DNA of 64,000 bases, from contig OZ241986.1 in assembly GCA_965204375.1 (NCBI GenBank), positions 3,968,001 to 4,032,000 on the forward strand, written 5' to 3'. Source of the stretch: Candidatus Latescibacterota bacterium (lineage in GTDB: Bacteria; Latescibacterota; UBA2968). Below the pieces are notes generated by a model. The model was not told where the DNA came from. It did no database searches and saw only the letters and a list, made by a program, of their open reading frames with translations. This document shows positions 59,224-64,000 of this stretch, piece by piece (position 1 is the first letter of the stretch; each line of letters starts with the position of its first letter). A program made the translations under genes and the position numbers.

Positions 59224-60045
59224 ATGGCTGATTCAATTGATCCCGTCATCATTCAAATAAACGAGACACAAATCCGTTTATCTCATATCGTGAAATCAAT
59301 GCGGGCGGCTAACAAGGACAGCTTGCACGACCTCTTTACGCAACGCGGTCTGATCTTCCAAATTGCCCAACGAGAAAAAATTAAAATTTCTCGTGAGGAA
59401 CTGCAAAAGAGTATAGACCAATGGCGGTATAAAAACAGATTGGAAAGTGTTGAGGATACAGAAAACTATTTATCACAACGCAATATCTCCTTCACTGACA
59501 TGGCACGGGAAATTGAATACCAGATGCTCCAGGAGCGATTGAAAACGCAAATCACCACTGAGCAAATTCAAGCGCATTTTGCAAGCCAGAAATTGGCGTC
59601 TGAACGGCGGGAAATATGCTGGATTCTGGTCCAGGAACGAGACATTGCCGAAGAGATCGCCATGCAGATCAGAGACGGAGGACGAGATTTTCATACCCTC
59701 GCGCGTCAATATTCCCTCGATGAGCGCACGCGCCCTGCCAGCGGGTATCTCGGTCGCCAGAGCCGACGAGACTTGCTCCATGATGTTGCGCCCTTATTAT
59801 TTGCCGCCGAAGTAGGGTCGGTCATTGGCCCCATAAAAGTAGAAACAGGCTATGCGCTGTATTATATTCAACAACACTGCCCCGCTGTACTCGATGAAGC
59901 CACAAAAGCGCGTTGTGTGCAGGAACTCTATCAACTTCGTTTAAAACGCGAAGCAAAGCGCAGTCACATATCGTATCCATTCCTATATTCGATATACACA
60001 GAGGACGCCTTTCCCAAAGAGAATGTGCATATCTCAGAGAAGTGA
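59224..60045 (+). CDS. PpiC/parvulin-type peptidyl-prolyl isomerase (foldase)
   Basis: DFHTLARQYSLD..SGYLG and VIGPIK motifs; SurA/PrsA-like N-terminus; no signal peptide. Confidence 0.82.
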   Translation: MADSIDPVIIQINETQIRLSHIVKSMRAANKDSLHDLFTQRGLIFQIAQREKIKISREELQKSIDQWRYKNRLESVEDTENYLSQRNISFTDMAREIEYQMLQERLKTQITTEQIQAHFASQKLASERREICWILVQERDIAEEIAMQIRDGGRDFHTLARQYSLDERTRPASGYLGRQSRRDLLHDVAPLLFAAEVGSVIGPIKVETGYALYYIQQHCPAVLDEATKARCVQELYQLRLKREAKRSHISYPFLYSIYTEDAFPKENVHISEK

Positions 60046-60068
60046 TAATGTTCCATATCCTGATGTAA

Positions 60069-60133
60069 TTCAGGCTTGCTGGAAGAATTTTCAGATTTTA
60101 TACTGATCAGTGCAAGAATGTATCCAGACATAT
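60069..60133 (+). repeat. Second copy of the non-coding module at 51846-51911
   Basis: TTCAGGCTTGCTGGAAGAA...TTTTATACTG...AGTGCAAGAATGTATCCAGACATATA is shared. Confidence 0.85.
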
Positions 60134-60144
60134 AGAGGTTCGTT

Positions 60145-61131
60145 ATGAAAAAAATACGGTTGTTCAATCTCACCCTCTTGTTGATCTCGGGCCTGTTTAC
60201 AGGTTGTGGCAGTACAGGACTCTATGTTACTGTAACCCAGCCTGCTGAAATTAATCTAAAAGACTTTGACAAAATTGCGGTTGGAGAAATTAAAGGTTCG
60301 GGAAGCGGCGTCTTATCGGCACTCAGCGACCTTGTCCAGGTTGTAGGAGGTGGAGAAACCAAAGACTCAGGAAGCCATAAATTCTCCGCCGAGTTGACAC
60401 AGGTCCTCTTTGAATCTGGACGATTTGAAGTCCTGGATCACGAAAGCCTGAAGATGGGTTTTAGCCAGGACAATCTTACCGGAAATATCGCCCTCATCTC
60501 TGGCACTATTTCAGAATACAACTACAGCGAGGATTTAACCCACAAAGATGTAGAGAAAAAAGATAAAAAGACGGGTGAAGTCGATACCACGCGAACATAC
60601 TATCGTGAAGGAATTACAAAAGTAAGTGTCAGCCTGCGTATTGCGGATTTGCGCACATCAAAAATTTTAGCAACCAGGAAGTTTGACAAATCTGAGAGCG
60701 CAAAAGAATCGAGGAAGAACTCAAAGCCGCCCCATATTGATCGCTCGCGTCTTTTTGAGACGTGCCGAACGCAAATTATTCGCTCTTTTATGCGGATGAT
60801 TGTGCCTTATACCGAGCGTGTATATGTCTCATTTGAAACCGACAAAGAAATGCCAGAATTGGAACGTGGCTTTAAAATGGTCAAGCTGGGCAATTGGGAT
60901 GCTGCGCTTGACATCTTTCAAAGGGTAACCGAGACTTATCCCAATTCCCCTTTAGTCCATAAGGCATATTACAATCTTGGTCTGGGCTATATGTACACGG
61001 ATCAGTTCGACCAGGCGCGAACTGCATTAGAAGAAGCCTATGCCAGGAAGTCCGAAGCAAAATATCTAAATGCTATCAAAAAACTGAATATACGCATTGA
61101 AGATAAGCGTCGGCTGGAAGAGCAGATGTGA
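60145..61131 (+). CDS. Lipoprotein with CsgG/TolB-N-like domain and C-terminal TPR repeats
   Basis: LFTGC lipobox; IAVGEI..ESGRFEVLD; AYYNLGLGY TPR pattern. Confidence 0.65.
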   Translation: MKKIRLFNLTLLLISGLFTGCGSTGLYVTVTQPAEINLKDFDKIAVGEIKGSGSGVLSALSDLVQVVGGGETKDSGSHKFSAELTQVLFESGRFEVLDHESLKMGFSQDNLTGNIALISGTISEYNYSEDLTHKDVEKKDKKTGEVDTTRTYYREGITKVSVSLRIADLRTSKILATRKFDKSESAKESRKNSKPPHIDRSRLFETCRTQIIRSFMRMIVPYTERVYVSFETDKEMPELERGFKMVKLGNWDAALDIFQRVTETYPNSPLVHKAYYNLGLGYMYTDQFDQARTALEEAYARKSEAKYLNAIKKLNIRIEDKRRLEEQM

Positions 61132-61185
61132 TTTGGCTCAGAGGATGTACGAAACGGCTATTTCCAACTTTGCCGAGTATCAAAC

Positions 61186-62673
61186 ATGATAAAAACCTGC
61201 GCGATCATCTCATTCCTCGTATGCATCTTGCCAACGGGCACTTGCCATTCTTATCAGCTTGTTGGAGCGGAAGCATTATCTGAAGAACTCGTCGCGCAAC
61301 ACTACACCATCAACACCAACCTCGACGCCGTCATCGTTGTAGATAGAACAATCCCAACCTTTGAATACCATACCTACTACAGTGCTGGCTCGACAGATGA
61401 AGAGGAAGGGAAACAAGGACGGCTACACTTCTTAGAGCACATCATGGCAGGTACTGGAAGCCATGAGCCGGGAAAACTCAACGAAATTATCGTCAAGAAT
61501 GGAGGTCAAAATTATGCCGCTACAACTATCCATCATATGTACTTAAGAATGCGATTTCCGAAGGACAAATTTGACCTTGCAGTTGAAATAGACCGCGATA
61601 GATATTACGGCACGTTGATCAATGAAGAGGTCGTTGAAAACGAAAAGAAAATTGTACTAACGGAAAAAAGTCGTAATTCAGCAAACTCAAACAGAAAATT
61701 CTCCAATCGTTTTTGGGGCCTGGTCTATAAAAAAAAGGATTTTAGTGGCGTTGGGACTGAGGACTTTATTAAACAACTCGAAGCCGATGATTTGGAAGAT
61801 TACTATGATAATTTCCTGCGCCGCCAGAAGAGATTGGTCGTGGTGGTCGGCGATGTGGATATGGACCATGTCCTGACCAAACTGGACGAAGCCTATGGCA
61901 ATGAGCAAATACCAGACGAATTATCGAGCGAATCACCTTCTCCTCAATTTCCCAATCCTGAAATACTCGAAAAAAAAGTAAAAGACACTTCAAAAAGTCT
62001 CCGTATTGCCAAATTCAGGAAAAGTTGGCAAACCCCTCATTTAGGCCATCGCGACTATGCAACCTTGCTCATTCTTGCTCGCATTATGACCAAAACCTCT
62101 AATTCCTTGCGATCTTCTGTGATTGATGCCAAGCTCGCCCGGATTTTCAGGGTGTCGTTTTACCACTATAAAGGATTTAGTTTGCTGAGTTGCACGGCAG
62201 ACCTGCCGACCGACGCTTCCATAGATGCTATAGAGAATGCTATCCAAACAGAATTGGAGGAAATTAGAGCGAGCGGTGTCTCTGAGGACGAATTTACTGC
62301 GGCCCAAAATCTGCAATTAAAATCAATGTATTCCAGATTTTATGACAGATCGAGAATGGCCCTTGAGTTCGGGCGGGCATTCGCCCATGCCAACGATCCC
62401 TTACTATATCCAAAAATGATAAAAGATCTCAAATCTGCCCGCAGAGACGACATACCGCGCCTTGTAGATCAATATCTGACGAATGACAATTCCATAACCC
62501 TCTCACTAACGATGCCAGAAAAAAAACGGTCTCTAATCACCGTGATATTTGGGAGTATTCTCATTATTTTTCCAGCTATTATGGTTCTATTTCCTGTGAT
62601 ATGGTTTATCAGAAAACTGATTAGTAAATCCTCCCCAAAGGCCAATGAATATGCTCCTGAAAGTGATACTTAG
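61186..62673 (+). CDS. M16 peptidase catalytic subunit, copy 2, with signal peptide and C-terminal TM anchor
   Basis: GRLHFLEHIM; clear paralog of 51973; hydrophobic tail LITVIFGSILIIFPAIMVLFPVIWF. Confidence 0.85.
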   Translation: MIKTCAIISFLVCILPTGTCHSYQLVGAEALSEELVAQHYTINTNLDAVIVVDRTIPTFEYHTYYSAGSTDEEEGKQGRLHFLEHIMAGTGSHEPGKLNEIIVKNGGQNYAATTIHHMYLRMRFPKDKFDLAVEIDRDRYYGTLINEEVVENEKKIVLTEKSRNSANSNRKFSNRFWGLVYKKKDFSGVGTEDFIKQLEADDLEDYYDNFLRRQKRLVVVVGDVDMDHVLTKLDEAYGNEQIPDELSSESPSPQFPNPEILEKKVKDTSKSLRIAKFRKSWQTPHLGHRDYATLLILARIMTKTSNSLRSSVIDAKLARIFRVSFYHYKGFSLLSCTADLPTDASIDAIENAIQTELEEIRASGVSEDEFTAAQNLQLKSMYSRFYDRSRMALEFGRAFAHANDPLLYPKMIKDLKSARRDDIPRLVDQYLTNDNSITLSLTMPEKKRSLITVIFGSILIIFPAIMVLFPVIWFIRKLISKSSPKANEYAPESDT

Positions 62674-64000
62674 TTTTGCCCTGTGCTACGTGGTTGGTAT
62701 CCTGTCCGCTTATGCAGAGATTTCTAACCACCAAATTTTTTATCGCCAAGACAAACGCGCCCCGTTGACCAAAATTGAAATCGTCTTTCTCGGAGCGGGA
62801 AGCAACCAGGAATCGCCTGCTCAAAATGGACTGGTAGAGATAGCCTCAAAGTTGATTTGGAAGGACATAAAAAAGCGAGGGTACATAGATCAACTGGCAG
62901 TATTAGGCACTGAGTTATATGTCTTCGCCAACACAACATCCCTGACCGTATCCATTTCTACCCTGTCTGAGAATTGCGCTGAGTCCATAGAAATAGTCCG
63001 CGATTCCATACACAACTTCGATTTTTCCGAGTCCGACCTGGAAGATGTGAAAGAGCGAGAGGTGACTAATTATCGAAATGATCGGGAAAGAAATACCGCT
63101 AATCTTATGAGAAATTTTGCACTTGCACGAACAAAAGGAATAAAGAAACTCAGATCCTTAAAAACGCTGAAAAACCTTTCTGCAAAGGACATCAGACAGT
63201 ATTATGCGCGGCTTTTGAAAACAGAAGTGGTGTTTTTTAAGATACTCTCAAACCGAGATTCCACCGAGATCACCAAAATGCTTCATCCAATTATAGAAAA
63301 ACGAGAGACCCGACGACAGGCAGGTGGGTTTGTGCATTCATTGGCACCTTCAGAGGCCAATTATTATTTTGGTCCTTCGGCTTTTGTCTTTGAGAATTAT
63401 TCAAACTTAAAAAATGTTTTCTGTTATTGGCTGATCCCCTATGGGAGTATAGGGGAAACAAATTATATTTCTCCAATGATATCCATGATGCTTGGGCGAT
63501 CTGGTGCCCAAGGGTTGCTCTACAAATATTTTAGAGAAGAGTTGGGATTGGTCTATAGTACTGCTTGCAGTTATCGATCATCAAAAAATATCAGGTTTCT
63601 CGAAATTTATGCAGATCCCCAGTTACAGAACAGCGAAGAACTGATTGTAAAAATGTCCGACTTCATCCGAGGGCTTCCCGACAACCCCCGCTTTTGGGAG
63701 GGAATAAAAGCGTTGCGTGAGAATAGCAATATCGCCTATGCCCATGTCCATGAACGATTGACACCACAACAAAGACTGAACAGGGAGGTATATAGCGCCA
63801 TCTATAATCCTCCAAGCCGCAAAGGCGGTTATGATTCGGTTACTGATGAGGAGGTGTATGCCTTTCTCGAAAAATTCTTTGTCCCGCAGAATATGATCAT
63901 GATCTTTGTCGGTCCGAAGGATTACATCATAGACATTCTGAATAGACACTTGCCTGAAGTTGATATTCGCGTTCACAATACCAAAGAATTGATTGAGTAA
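62651..64000 (+). CDS. M16 peptidase non-catalytic partner subunit, copy 2
   Basis: Paralog of 53444 (DKRAPLTKIEIVFLGAG, FREELGLVY, IYADPQLQNSEELIVKMSDFIRGL). Confidence 0.82.
   Translation: MLLKVILSFALCYVVGILSAYAEISNHQIFYRQDKRAPLTKIEIVFLGAGSNQESPAQNGLVEIASKLIWKDIKKRGYIDQLAVLGTELYVFANTTSLTVSISTLSENCAESIEIVRDSIHNFDFSESDLEDVKEREVTNYRNDRERNTANLMRNFALARTKGIKKLRSLKTLKNLSAKDIRQYYARLLKTEVVFFKILSNRDSTEITKMLHPIIEKRETRRQAGGFVHSLAPSEANYYFGPSAFVFENYSNLKNVFCYWLIPYGSIGETNYISPMISMMLGRSGAQGLLYKYFREELGLVYSTACSYRSSKNIRFLEIYADPQLQNSEELIVKMSDFIRGLPDNPRFWEGIKALRENSNIAYAHVHERLTPQQRLNREVYSAIYNPPSRKGGYDSVTDEEVYAFLEKFFVPQNMIMIFVGPKDYIIDILNRHLPEVDIRVHNTKELIE

Overview
A 64 kb bacterial chromosomal segment. It is probably from a diderm, sponge/marine-symbiont-like lineage (inference from the PhyH dioxygenase expansion, a CehA/McbA-type hydrolase, a sulfatase and a GWxTD protein). 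From 1 to 50.2 kb the backbone is mostly housekeeping and catabolic: aspC, SDR, ilvD-family, pgm, recG, hflKC, coaE, gcvPA/PB, five PhyH dioxygenases, M42 peptidase, ychF-like and a sugar ABC transporter. It is interrupted by small accessory islands: an unknown two-gene cassette before recG, an HTH/coiled-coil/M.EcoRV-like methyltransferase cassette, a HigB/HigA-ImmA toxin-antitoxin pair, and a hotspot holding an unknown gene pair, a complete IS1380, a PD-(D/E)XK nuclease and a solo TnpB. The most notable region is 50.3-64 kb. A sigma-54 promoter with paired upstream palindromes precedes a degenerate receiver protein, a 180-aa very acidic Gly/Cys-motif protein with a double-glycine leader, two copies of a signal-peptide-bearing M16 peptidase heterodimer, a multi-CxxC membrane protein, a cNMP-C39-ABC exporter fused in frame to HlyD (with the ATPase truncated), a PpiC-type foldase and a CsgG-like/TPR lipoprotein. 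This looks like an undescribed peptide export and maturation system. A divergent promoter-to-terminator sRNA candidate sits next to it. No rRNA, tRNA or CRISPR array was recognised. All family assignments come from reading motifs; no database searches were run.
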